Assembly (NCBI GenBank): GCA_003427395.1
Contig: BFEA01000032.1
Coordinates: forward strand, 1,106,316-1,170,315
DNA length: 64,000 nt
Reading direction: 5' to 3'
Origin: Chara braunii
Taxonomy: Eukaryota; Plantae; Charophyceae
The notes under the pieces are model-generated. The model searched no databases. It was not told the DNA's origin and saw only the letters and a program-made list of their open reading frames with translations. Positions 52,331 to 64,000 of the stretch are shown piece by piece. Positions within the stretch are counted from its first letter, which is position 1, and each line of letters opens with the position of its first letter. Position numbers and translations under genes: made by a program.

Positions 52331-52791
52331 AAGTTATTAATTTATTTGTTTTCGAGATATCCCCAGATTAGTAAGAGTGTCATCTAGTATCTAATCCTCG
52401 GAAATCCAATGACTTTCAAGTGTTGAGCAGCCCTGATGATTGACTCAAATTTTTCGTGAAATGCCCTCAATCGAATTATTTATTTATTTATTTATTTATC
52501 TTTTTTTTTGTAATATTCGAAGATCAGGGAGAGTTCACTTTCCCCCCCCTCGACCACTGCTATTCATTCTCGAAGTACTCCTGCTGAAAGAAGAGTGCGG
52601 TCAAGTGCCTAATAGTAAGTAATTAGAAGATTTTCAAGTGGCCTGCAAGAGACTGCATTCTGATGGACCCTTGCTAAACTAAAGTAAGCATTTAACTATT
52701 TTCAAAGTGTTTTCCGAATCAGAGCTTATTGCCGGCACCCAGCTCCTAACACTTGTAGGGGCACTTGATTTCATCCAGGTGGTTTATTGAC

Positions 52792-53034
52792 AGTGAGAGA
52801 GAGAGAGAGAGTGAGTAAGAGAGAGAGAGTGAGAGAGAGAAAGAGAGAGAGTGAGGGACAACGCTGAGAGTGAGGGACTGCGCTGAGAGTGAGAAAGAGA
52901 GAGTGAGTGAGAGAGAGAGAGTGAGGGAGAGAGAGAGAGAGTGAGGGACAGCGCTGAGAGTGAGGGAAAGAGTGAGAGAGAGAGAGTGAGGGAGAGAGAG
53001 GGAGTGAGGGACAGCGCTGAGAGTGAGGGACTAC

Positions 53035-53106
<72 letters not shown>

Positions 53107-53295
53107 TGAGGGACAACGCTGAGAGTGAGGGACTGCGCTGAGAGTGAGAGAGAGAGAGAGTGAGGGAGAGAGAGAGAGAGTGATGGACGACGCTGAGAGT
53201 GAGAGAGAGAAAGTGAGAGAGAGAAAGAGAGAGAGTGAGGGGCAGCGCTGAGAGTGAGAGACCGCGCCGAGAGAGAGAGAAAGAGAGGGAGAGGA
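52792..53295. repeat. Compound (GA)n repeat with interspersed gagtgagggacagcgctga units
   Basis: Direct sequence. Confidence 0.93.
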
Positions 53296-54464
53296 AGGGA
53301 TGTTGAGTCTCTCTAGAACAAAGGATGAGACGACAGGATCAAGGGGGAGAGAGGTTGCACACGTCCAAGCAAGGGATCCAGTCCTAATAGAGGCATTAGG
53401 TGGCGCTTCGTGCTCACACCTTTGATGAACCTCTCTCTCTCCGCTTTTAGTAAGTGAGTAATTAAGTGAGCTTACAACGCTCTGTGAACTAAGCATGGCG
53501 GTATCCCTTCTCATGTCATACTAGTTGACTCATTCACTTTATTTATTTATTTATTATTTATTTATTTATTAAACGTTGATTCAGTCCCTAATGCACAGGA
53601 GAAGAGAATGGCAGTCTGTCTATTCGAGCTCCAAGAGGGGCATTGATGAGACAAGGAGTTGCAAGCTCGAAACACAACAAGGCCTCCTTCCATGTTCACG
53701 CTTGAGAGTCATTGCCTATCTTCGCTGATTGGGACAGCGACCCGCAGTCACCATGACTGACGTACGTGCAGGTCTGAAGACATGTTGAACACAGACTTTG
53801 ACCATTCAAAAATTTGAGAAGAACAAGATCTGAGCCTTACGACGTAAATTTCAAACGTGTCTTTCGTTCTGAAAAGCAGTAAACTGGCTCCTGGTGACCA
53901 GTTGAACTCATTGCGAATCCACAACGTTGTAATGACAATGGTGTGGCTAATGGTCATCAATCGAACGAAATTGAGCAATCTCTCTTGCATTTTATTCCCA
54001 CTGAACAGGCGCGCGATAAGCAAGCAAGCGCATGGATTCGAAACAGAACAAAAATGCCACAGACAAGCCAAATTGCTCCCGGGAATTTAGGTCACTCTCG
54101 TTATTATCAACAAGTATGTGGAATCTGTGTTTCGGTTTCCCATTTGGAATTTGTTGGCTATCCTGCTTGTGTCGAGAGTAGTTTCCGTTAAGGGACTCAG
54201 CAGGGACGAGTTTTCGTTAGTCCTGATCTTCGGCATCAGACTTGCGGGCTTGATCCATTTAAATAATTTTATTTTAATTTTCATTCCTTTTCAGCACATC
54301 TTCAGATCCTACAAACCTAGCCTTACAGTGCAGGCATGACAGGCAGCGCAGACACCTTACCCTGCTGTTCGCCGAGGACCTCGGAAGCGGGCGAGGCGAG
54401 TGACAGGCGTCGTAGCCCTTGGCTTCGGCGAACGGTAGGTGACCCCTCCCCGGGTTTCCTTACA

Positions 54465-57401
54465 ACGGTGAAAAATAGTTATCCCATACCTCGCGCGGAT
54501 GATTTGTTTGACCGCCTCTCCGACCACCATTTCTTCACGAAGATCGATCTTCATAGCGGATATCACCAGATCCGCGTAGCCGAGGAGGACCAGCCCAAGA
54601 CCACTTTTCGTTCTCGTTTCGGGCACTACGAGTTAACCGTCATGCCTTTCAGTCTCCGTAATGCCCCCGCCACTTTCCAGACGGCTATGAACACGATGTT
54701 CCAAGACCTTGTTGAGGACTATGTTCTCGTCTACATTGACGACATCCTGATCTACAGTCGTACCCTAGAGGATCACCTGACCCACCTTTGCACTGTCCTG
54801 CAGCGACTACTCGACCACGGGTTTTATGCGAAGCTTTCCAAATGCAGCTTCGCTCAACCCAAAGTCAACTTCCTTGGGGATCAGGTCTCCGAGCACGGGC
54901 TCCACATGGACGACTCGAAGATTCAGGCTATTGTGGACTGGCCCATTCCTACCTCTCTTCCTGCGCTGCGTAGTTTCCTTGGGTTGACCAACTACTATAG
55001 TCATTTTCTTAAAAACTACGCTCAGTATTCTTCCCAGCTTACCGCTCTGACTCACGGGTGCCTACCTTTTCATTGGACCCCGACTCACGAGGATGCTTTT
55101 CGCTCTCTCAAGCGACTTGTCACGTCAGCTTCTGTCTTACACTTACCCGACTATTCGCGACTATTCATCATCACCACCGACGCATCCGGCTTCGCTATTG
55201 GAGTTGTTGTCTCCCAGATCTACCCAGCCCACCCTACTTCTTCCGATTCCACAGAGTCTCGTCTCCCTCGCATTCCTCGCTTCCCTCCACCTTCGGCGAC
55301 TGCGGCTCATCTTGCACCCATCCAGCCCACCCCCTTATATTCCTGACGTCGCTGATAACGGTACAGTCGAGTCGCGCGATGGAGAGTGTCCGGTTGCTTA
55401 TCTATCTCGACAACTACTTTCCGCCGAGCGTAACTATACTGCCGACGAGCGCGAGGTCCTTGTGCTGGCGTCATCACTTGCACGGTCACACTTTCACCGT
55501 TTTGACGGACAACTTTATCCTCGCCGCCTTCTCGACGAAGCCTAAGCTCACTTCTCGTCAGGCTCGTTGGTGGCGTGACCTCACCGAGTTCGATTTCACG
55601 ATCAAGAAGATTTCTGGTGAAAGCAATCGCGTAGCAGATGCCTTATCCCGCCGCCCCGACCTTCAGTGCGAGGATCGTCAGCTATCTGCTATTTTAGCTT
55701 CCACCATCCACCCCGCCTTTCTGGACGAGTACCGCCTCGCATACACCTAGTGCCCTGAGTTTCAGGCCATCTACGCTGACCTACAGGCTGGCAAGTCCGT
55801 CCCTAACTTCCAGCTCGACCCCTCTGGACTCCTATACTGGCTTGGTCGTCAAGGTACCCGTTCTCCTCGCTTATGTGTGCCCTCTACTGGCCAGCTCCGC
55901 GTTCGGGCTGTCGCTGAGTGTCACGACCAGCGTGCCGCCGGTCTTCTCGGTGTCTTCAAGACACTTGACCGCCTTTACCGCCATTACTATCGGGAGCACC
56001 GTCGTCCTTTCACTAAGGAGTACGTCCGCACCTGCAGGATCTGTGAGGAGGTCAACATTCCCAACCACCCCCCCTACGGTCTTCTTCAACCCTTACCCAT
56101 TCCCACTCAGCATTGGACTTCTGTCTACATGGATTCCATCGGTCCTCTTCGTCCCTCTACCCTACGAGGTCACGACGCCATCTTCGTCGTTGTCTGTCGG
56201 TTGACTAAGCATGCTCATGCAAGTATGCTAGTTAAGCCAAAGACATCGCATCGTTATACTTCAACCGTATTGTCATCCATCACGGTCTTCCCACTAGCAT
56301 CGTCTCTGATCGCGATCCCCACTTTACTTCTCATTTCTTGCGTGGACTCCATGAGATCTATGGCTTCGAGCTCCGCTCTCCTCCTATCACCCCCAATCAG
56401 AGGGACATACCGAGGTCACCAACAAAACTCTTGGGAGTATCCTCAAGAAGTTTGTTGAGAATGACTCTGATTGGGATTTCCACCTGCTCACGCCGAGATT
56501 GCTTATAACCATGCTATTTCACCTGCCACTGGCATGTCTCCCTACTACTGTGACTTGGGATACCATCCTCGTGTCCCATTTGACCTTCTCCGTCCATCTC
56601 AGATCCATCCCGACACCAAATGCCCTGCCCTCGGTGACTAGGTAAAGGAGATGGATGCGCTTGTTAGCAAGGCTTGTGAGAGCATTGTTGACTCCCAGGC
56701 TCGCATGGCCACTTGCGCTAACCGCTCTCGCATCGACCATCCCTTCACAGTTGGCGACGAGGTTCTTGTCGACGCACGTCACTTCCAGCCCGAAGCTGAC
56801 ACGCTTCTGAAATTCAGACGTCGATATATTGGACCATTCACCATTCTTGCACCCGCCGGACCCAACCATGACTGTCCGGTGAGCTTCAAATTGAAGCTCT
56901 CCTATTTTATGTACCGCGCTAACTTAGATGACGTGTTTCATGTATCTCTTTTGCGCCCCTTCAGACGGTCTCCTCCCGAGTTCTCCCATCATCATTGAGG
57001 GTCACGAGGAGTTTGTCGTCTCTGATATCGCGTCCCGCCGTATGACTGATGGTGACCCTCCCCGCCTCGAGTATCTCGTTCGATGGAAGGGTTACCCTGA
57101 CGAGGAGTCTACTTGGGAGCCTCTTGAGCACCTGAAGCATGCTATGACTTTCGTGCGTGCTTACGATCGTGCTCATCCTTTCCCGGCATCATCCTCCCCC
57201 CCTACTTCTCGTCCTTCTACTACTGACCCATCTACCTCTGCAACCACTAACATTCCCCATCCTTCATCGATGCATCATCCTGCTCCACCGGTACCCGCCT
57301 CAAGTCCTCCTTCCCATGTGGATGTGGTTCCGCCTATTGTTGCAGTTGATTCCTCTCGCCCTCAGCGTACCTATCGACTTCCTTCTCGTTATCGTGACTG
57401 A
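54465..57401 (+). pseudogene. Ty3/Gypsy chromovirus pol (RT-RNaseH-integrase-chromodomain), 5'-truncated and frameshifted
   Basis: RT: YPIPRADDL, KIDLHSGYHQIR, VMPF.LRNAPATFQ, VYIDDILIYS. RNase H: TTDASGFAIG, RQARW, ADALSR. Integrase: C..C, LQPLPIP, W..VYMD, IVSDRD, YIGPF. Chromodomain: EYLVRWKGYPDEESTWEP. Confidence 0.97.
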
Positions 57402-58995
57402 CCTATACCCCCCATACGCTCTTTATCTTTTACCATTCCTGGACACTTATGCAGCAACTCCTGGTTTCAGCTTCTACATTCGGCTTCAACATTCGGCTTC
57501 TACATTCGACTTTTCAACCTCAGTGCTTCTCCCCAGTACCAGAGTACCTGTCGCATTGTTCAGGACTTCTACTCGGTTCTTGCGGTACTCCTACTTCATC
57601 CAGGCTACTTCGGTTCGACTTAAGTCGGGAGAGTCATCAGTTGGACTACTTCACTTTTTCGGCTACAGAGTTCCCATCATTCCCACCTATCCACCACCCT
57701 CGAGCTTACCCTTCAATCTTATGATGACCCCTAGTTTCCCTGTCTATGTGAGTGTGTCCATCTGCCGCCCTTCTGCCTTACCGTATGATGCGCGCCCTCC
57801 TCTGGAGTGTACGTTTTTTTTGCTCACAGTTTTTGGCCGTATGTCTATGCCTGCATAACCCTCTCTCCCCTTCCACGCTCACCTTATGTGTGTTCCCTTG
57901 TGTGAGTGCCCTTCCCCTTTCAGTTGGCGATACTCGATTGATGGTTTCCATTGAGCCCGGTGTCGTGCTGTTACTCTCCCTCTGAGCCTAATGACCCTTA
58001 CCTGGTTGTGTGGGTGCCCCCTTGGAGTTTAATCTAAGAGCTGTACATGTTGCCTTCCCACCCATTCCTACCCCTGGCATGCGACTGAGTTCCCTTCTCT
58101 TTTGTTCAGGCATTGTGCCAGGTTGTTTCGTACCTGGACCTAGGCCGGTATATCACTTCGGCCTAGGCCCAGGGCATGAGGTTGGTTCGTTCATTCTGTT
58201 CATTCGTTCATTCGGAGTCGGACTTGACCTTCACTCAGCTGCTGCTTCTCGTGTGTGTCCATCTCCTCTCTCTCTTTCTCTCTCTCCATCTCCATCTCCG
58301 CACGTGCCCTCCGCACGCGTGCCACAAATTTCTGGATTTCTTTATTAATTTTTATTATAGCAACGAAAGATAAATAAAAAAATATGATCCATAAGAAAGT
58401 TTGGCTATACAGCCAAGTGTAAGGATGTGAAGTTTTCTCGCGCGAAAACGGTTCGGCGCTGTGAGTGTAGACGCGCTATCGCGCCCCCACTGCTTCAAGG
58501 GTCTGGTTAGATGTTCTTCCCCGGACCGAGCTCAGTGGGTTGGAGGACTGGCAAGGTGTCGCGCATAATTTTGATAGGTATAAAAATAGAGGTGTATTCA
58601 GAGGCAGTCACACTTTGTCATACAACCGAGTAGTCAGGGTTATCCCTCCTGCCAGCGGCGACACGGCTTAGAGTGAGGCGTTCGGGTTATCGCCTGCACC
58701 TGACCCCGTATAAAGGATAGACCCAAGGTCACCGGAGTCCCTATCATTCAGGAGTCCTTCAAGCTGCCTTGAGTGTAACCTGTGTAAAATAAGAAGGAAA
58801 ATACCATATATGCATCATAGAGCAACTGACACTGACAAAATAAGAAGACCAGAACCCAAACTCTGCAAGAGTATGACCAGAGGTACGAGACTGAAGAGTA
58901 GTATATTGAGTAAGCAGGGAGCAGCCATCGAAGGGCTGCAGTCACTAATAAATCATAATGTCGTAATACATCAAAGTGACTGAAAAGAGAGAACC

Positions 58996-60231
58996 TCAAT
59001 CAATGATAATAAGTGTTACCCCCTCGTGAGTGAGTGCTGCTGTCTGGGACTCCATGTCTGGCACCTTGTCATTGAGAACCCGCGTGGCTATAGACTCTGA
59101 AACCACGTAGCTGATGTCGAGAGGCGCTGCTGGATCAATCTTGCAGATATAGGTCATGCATCTAGCCATCTCCTCGTCCGCGACGCTCCTAAGATAAAGC
59201 TCCTCCCCAAGAATGATATCGCGTGAAGCTCCAATCAATATCTCAATATGTCCTCTCCCACCAGAGTAGATGTAGGAAACCTCAAGAAAGCGATCTCCGT
59301 AAAGAGGCTTTCAATAAGCCTGCATAGCAAAATCTGTCCCGACCAAATTACTCTAGCCATCTCTGAGGTATGGGACCAGAACCTCCCCTCTTGGGGGACC
59401 AATAACTGTCTCCGACCTAGGGTCGTCTGACATGTAGGAGTCAATCACCCTCAAGAAGATACCGTGCAAGAAGATGTGCGATCCTCCTCAATGTCGCCCT
59501 CCGACGTCTCCGCTCACTGGTCTCTAGCGCTCCAGCCGCTGTCCACAAACTCAACCCCTGTGAGTGTCCCAGTCGGAATAATCGCCAAGATCAAGGTCAC
59601 TCACAGAGCAGGGCTCCAAATCGGACTCATCTGTCTCTGATTTCGGGACACATGTAGTGATTGGGATTCCGGATTTGGTTCTCTCTCTCTGGATCCGGTC
59701 GTCCTTCCACATCTTCTCCTTGCTGCGGGGCTCACTAAGGCGCTTGGGGTTGCATCCGTCAAAATCGAAGAGCACACCCCCATGTGTTGAAGGTACGCGA
59801 GGGAACACCACGTGTAGCCAGTTGTCCCTCCAATAGCTCTCCTTGCGAAATATGTAATCTGCAATCCTATCATATGTAGTGCCCTTCACTCCTGTCTCTG
59901 CCCCCTTCACCGAGTAGGTGATCACGAGAGTGTGTCTCAAGGTCGAAGACTCATTAACTCTGATGTCCCACATGCCTGTAGCAGAACCTCTCAATCAATC
60001 TACCCCACGTAGGGGTAGTCTCACGACGTCGGGCCAGCTTCGATGGAATGCACGCTCTCTAATGCAAATACTCCCTCCAAGGCCTGACCAGATAGCAATC
60101 AGCAACTTAATGTAAAGGCCTGTCTGAATGGCCTGACTGAACTCCAACTCGATATAGGGCCCGCCTGAATGGGCCCGACTGAACAGCAACTCAATATAAA
60201 GCCCGCCTGAATGGGCACGATTGAGCAGCAA
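58996..60231 (-). pseudogene. Decayed unknown ORF, probably carried by a mobile element
   Basis: Four adjacent minus-strand ORF pieces (59995-60231, 59551-59994, 59235-59444, 58996-59238) with globular protein-like composition. No recognisable family. Confidence 0.5.
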
Positions 60232-60372
60232 CTATCTCAGAAGAAAGGACCCGCATGAAGGGGTCTGACTGAAAACTGCAACAATCTCGAGAGGTGGGCC
60301 CGCCTGAAGGGGCTCGGATGAACAGCAATAATCTCAAGTAGGCTCGCCTGAAGAGCCTGGCTAAAAAGCAAC
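60110..60372. repeat. Tandem repeat of about 42-50 bp (ggcccgcctgaatgggcccgactgaacagcaact)
   Basis: About six degenerate units. Confidence 0.8.
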
Positions 60373-60639
60373 TGATCAGTAGAACATCTCATGCACAGGG
60401 ACCAGTCACAAATGTTGAATGTACTGGGGCTAGACTGAGCCAGGTCATCCGTGCAGGGACTGAACTGCGAATGCTCCCCATGAGAGGGAAAATATCACGT
60501 GCATGAGGTGTTGCTGATCAGCAAGGGAATAAATCAACGGGAGCGTGATGGCAAATCTTTCCAGCTAGCAATCCTATGCTCGGGTGGATATGGGCTCGCA
60601 CTCAAACGATAATATCTAGCCTGGGCGAACTCATATCCA

Positions 60640-61610
60640 GTGCAAGTGCACATGGGCGCGCACTCAAATAACGAAACTCTGCGTGGGCGCACATGGGCAC
60701 ACACTCTAATAGTAATGCCATGTTGGGCGCGCATGGGCGCGCACTCTTATTGCAATGCAGAGCTTGGGCGCGCATGGGTGCGCACTCTTATTGCAGTGCC
60801 AAGCTTGTGCGTCCATGGGCGCGCACTCCAACTGCAATGCCAAGCTTGGGCGCGCATGGGTGTGCACTCTAACTGCAATGCCACGCTTGGGCGCGCATGG
60901 GCGCGCACTCTAACTGCAATGCCAAGCGCGCATGGGCGCGCACTGTAACTGCAATGCCAAGCTTGGGCGAGCATGGTCGTGCACTCTAACTGCAATGCCT
61001 AGCTTGGGCGCGCATGGGCGCACACTCTAACTACAATGCCAAGGTTGGGTGCGAATGGGCGCGCACTCTAACTGCAATGCCAAGCTTGGGCGCGCATGGG
61101 CGCGCACTCTAACTGCAATGCCAAGCTTGGGCGNNNNNNNNNNNNNNNNNNNNNNNNNNNNNNNNNNNNNNNNNNNNNNNNNNNNNNNNNNNNNNNNNNN
61201 NNNNNNNNNNNNNNNNNNNNNNNNNNNNNNNNNNNNNNNNNNNNNNNNNNNNNNNNNNNNNNNNNNNNNNNNNNNNNNNNNNNNNNNNNNNNNNNNNNNN
61301 NNNNNNNNNNNNNNNNNNNNNNNNNNNNNNNNNNNNNNNNNNNNNNNNNTGGGCGCGCACTCTAACTGCAATGCCAAGCTTGGGCGCGCATGGGCGCGCA
61401 CTCTAACTGCAATGCCAAGCGTGGGCGCGCATGGGTGCGCACTCTTATTGCAGTGCCAAGCTTGGGCGCGCATGGGCGCGCACTCTAACTTCAATGCCTA
61501 GCTTGGGCGCGCATGGGCGCGCACTCTAAATATAATATCTGGTCCGGGCGAGCGCAGGTGCACACTTAAAATAATATCTGGTCTGGGCGCGCGCGGGCGC
61601 ACACTTAAAA
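60640..61610. repeat. 41-bp satellite gggcgcgcactctaactgcaatgccaagcttgggcgcgcat (contains a gap)
   Basis: Period 41 (61351 and 61392). Confidence 0.96.
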
Positions 61611-61969
61611 ATAATGTCTTGTCGCATGCTCAATCTGTTCGTCAATCGATTTTTGCTTACCGTTTACAATTTTGACGATCAATCAAACAGGATTACTCTA
61701 CGCAAAACTGGGCCTTCACAGTATGCGCAGGCTTAAAATCAGCTATTTACTATGCATCCAATTGAAATGGATACTTGTGCATCGGTTATGAAATCGGTCA
61801 TGCATGGCTCTCTGATTCAATGCTCAGTCGAAGTACCTTCGGTGCAGTTGAGACTGATTCTGCTCAATTGACAACAACTCTCAAATATGGTGTGCTTACA
61901 GCACACAATTGCAGATAAGGCAAAATTCAGGAATGACCCTCACTCATGATGCGCACATGGCGCACAATT

Positions 61970-62225
61970 GTGAAATAGCACGAATGGCTCTTGCGAATAG
62001 TACTGTTCAGAAATGACTCTTGCTAATAGCACTATTCAGAAATGGCTCTTGCGAAATGACATTGTTCAGAAATAACACTTTGCGAATAACACTGTTTAGA
62101 AATAGCACTTGCGAATAGCACTGTGCAAATAGCACTGCTCAGAAATGGCTCTTGCGAAATGGCGCCGTTCAGAAATAACACTTGCGAATAGCACTTGCAA
62201 ATAGCATTGCTCTGAAATGGCCCTC
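61970..62225. repeat. Degenerate tandem repeat of about 29 bp (gcgaatagcactgttcagaaatggctctt)
   Basis: Direct sequence. Confidence 0.85.
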
Positions 62226-62269
62226 AAGTACGGCGCAGTCGCAAAACTGTGAAATGACCTTTTAATGCG

Positions 62270-62885
62270 GTGTGCGCTGGCGCACAATTGCAAACTCGGA
62301 AAATACTCAGATATGGCTCTCCTGTATAGAGCGCATGCTGCGCACAGTTGCAAACTGCGAAATATCCCGATACAGCCCTCAAGTATGGTGCACACATTGC
62401 GCACGGTGGCAAACTGCGAAATACTCAAATGTAGCCCTCAAATGCGGTGTGCACATTGCGCACAGTGGCAAACTGCGGAATACTTAGATGTAGCCCTCAA
62501 GTGAGGTCTGCACATTGCGCACAGTGGCAAACTGCGGAATACTCAGATGTAGCCCTCAAGTGCGGTGTACACACTGCGCACAGTGGCAAACTCGGAAATA
62601 CTCAGATGTAGCCCTCAGGTGCAGTGTACACTNNNNNNNNNNNNNNNNNNNNNNNNNNNNNNNNNNNNNNNNNNNNNNNNNNNNNNNNNNNNNNNNNNNN
62701 NNAAATACTCAGATGTAGCCCTCAGGTGCAGTGTACACTCTGTGCACAACGGCAAACTCGGAAATACTCAGATGTAGCCCTCAAGTGCGGTGTACACTCT
62801 GCGCACAGTGGCAAACTCGAAAATACGAACTGCGAAATGCTCTGATATAGCCTTCAAGTGTAGTGCGCACACTGCACACAGTGAA
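62270..62885. repeat. 59-bp satellite (gcgcacagtggcaaactgcggaatactcagatgtagccctcaagtg...)
   Basis: Period about 59. Confidence 0.93.
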
Positions 62886-62964
62886 ATGCTCAATGTGACT
62901 GTGCAATCAGCCTGGTGTGACTGTGCAAACAAAATCTGAACCGGCTTGATATTTGGTATGGCTG

Positions 62965-63425
62965 GTGCGACTGCACCAGCAGTCTCCAAATCGACTTGTT
63001 ACTTAGCGTGACTGCGCTGGCAGTCTCAAAATCGGCTTGGTAATCGGTATGACTGCGCTAGCAGTCTCAAAATTGGCTTGGTACTCGACATAACTGCGCT
63101 AGCAGTCTCAAAATCTGCTTGTTACTCAGTGGGACTGCGCTGGCAGTCTCAAAATCGGCGGGTCTCTTAGTAGGACTGCGCTCGCAGTCTCAAAATCGGC
63201 TTGTTACTCAGTGGGAATGCGCTAGCAGTCACAAAATCGGCTCGGTACTCAGTGCGACTGCACTGGCAAGCTCGGTACTCAGTGCGACTGCAATGACAAT
63301 CTCAAAATCGGCTCGGCACTCAGTGTGACTGTACTGGCGGTCTCAAAATCGGCTTAGTACTCAGTGCGACTGCACTGGCAGACTCAAAATCGGTTCGGCA
63401 CTCAATGCGACTTAGTACCTAGTAA
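62965..63425. repeat. 41-bp satellite (gactgcgctggcagtctcaaaatcggcttgttactcagt..)
   Basis: Period about 41 (63010 and 63051). Confidence 0.93.
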
Positions 63426-63870
63426 GACTGTGAGGGTACAGCCATAACTCGGAGTCATTAAAACCGAGTTTTGCCGCCTTGCCGCGCAGTGTCGCACTTA
63501 AGTTCAAATGCGCACAGTCGCAGCCAACTCAAAGATCGCCAAAACGGAGATTACAACATAGGTGCGGAGTATCGCACTTTATCAAAAAAAATTACTTGGT
63601 TTGCAGATTGAGTGCGCAGTGTCGCACTACGGTTCAAGTGCGCAAAGTCGCATCATGCTCTCAGCGGAAAAAGTAATATATTCAGTTTGAGTGTTTCGCA
63701 TCCAATCATCATACTCTATTCAAGTGCCTATTGGCACGGTCGATTATTCAGTAGAGTGACGCTGATCATGTATCCAAGGTACAACATTCTGGTTCAGAGG
63801 CAATTCTGTGCGCTGCGCACAGTCCAGGATCCGCCTATAGATACATTGCTCATGGGTATACGGTACTGAG

Positions 63871-64000
63871 TCAAACCTTAATTACAGTATGTGAGCGCAT
63901 AGTTCATGGCCAGTCATCAGGTGCGTTGCTCATCGGTGCTCAGCTCACGGTCAACCCTCAATTACAGTATGTGAGCACACAGCTCATAGCCAGTCATCAG
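63871..64000. repeat. 80-bp-period repeat running off the window end
   Basis: tcaa.c..aattacagtatgtgagc.ca.ag.tcat.gccagtcatcag at 63871 and 63951. Confidence 0.8.

Larger units (their letters stand above)
50689..54464 (+). mobile_element. 3' LTR of Gypsy element B, related to LTR A
   Basis: A PPT-like gagtgagcgggg precedes TG at 50689 (start uncertain by about 10 bp). 51350-51460 is the inverse homologue of about 40330-40375, and the end ...ggtttccttaca matches the LTR A end. It abuts a truncated RT. Confidence 0.78.

Noticed and set aside
53642-53685. Hammerhead ribozyme-like tgatgag...ctcgaaac
   Set aside because: The core reads TTGATGA rather than CTGATGA, stems I and III cannot be built convincingly, and agctcgaa pairs better with the upstream ttcgagct.
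54336-54464. N-terminus of the 336-aa RT ORF
   Set aside because: These codons are the end of LTR B fused by chance in frame. Genuine RT starts at TVKNSYP (54465).

Overview
Eukaryotic, repeat-dominated window. The protein and repeat styles resemble a streptophyte alga such as Chara braunii (inference, not verified). The only clear host-gene part is the last exon (4476-4654) of a YnbD-like dual-specificity phosphatase. The rest is nested mobile DNA. It includes a Harbinger transposase relic, two MITEs and an L1/Tx1-type LINE on the minus strand (about 14.3-26.2 kb). Two related Gypsy elements lie in opposite orientation: A (minus; LTR 31295-41078, tRNA-Asp PBS, gag start at 28611) and B (plus; accessory ORF relic, gag 47286-50057, LTR about 50689-54464). 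There is also a 5'-truncated chromovirus pol, two U6-derived sequences and several satellites. The most striking system is two homologous 7-8 kb non-coding TG...CA elements with 4-bp TSDs (15615-23571 and 32048-39154). At the same position each carries an array of 8-10 stem-loops with co-varying stems, unique spacers and a conserved loop, and that loop is completely different between the two copies. A second notable feature is a tRNA-like/U6 chimeric structured element (about 41.2-41.6 kb) followed by a chain of about 20 unrelated hairpins (42.1-43.15 kb). All alignments and pairings were read by eye.
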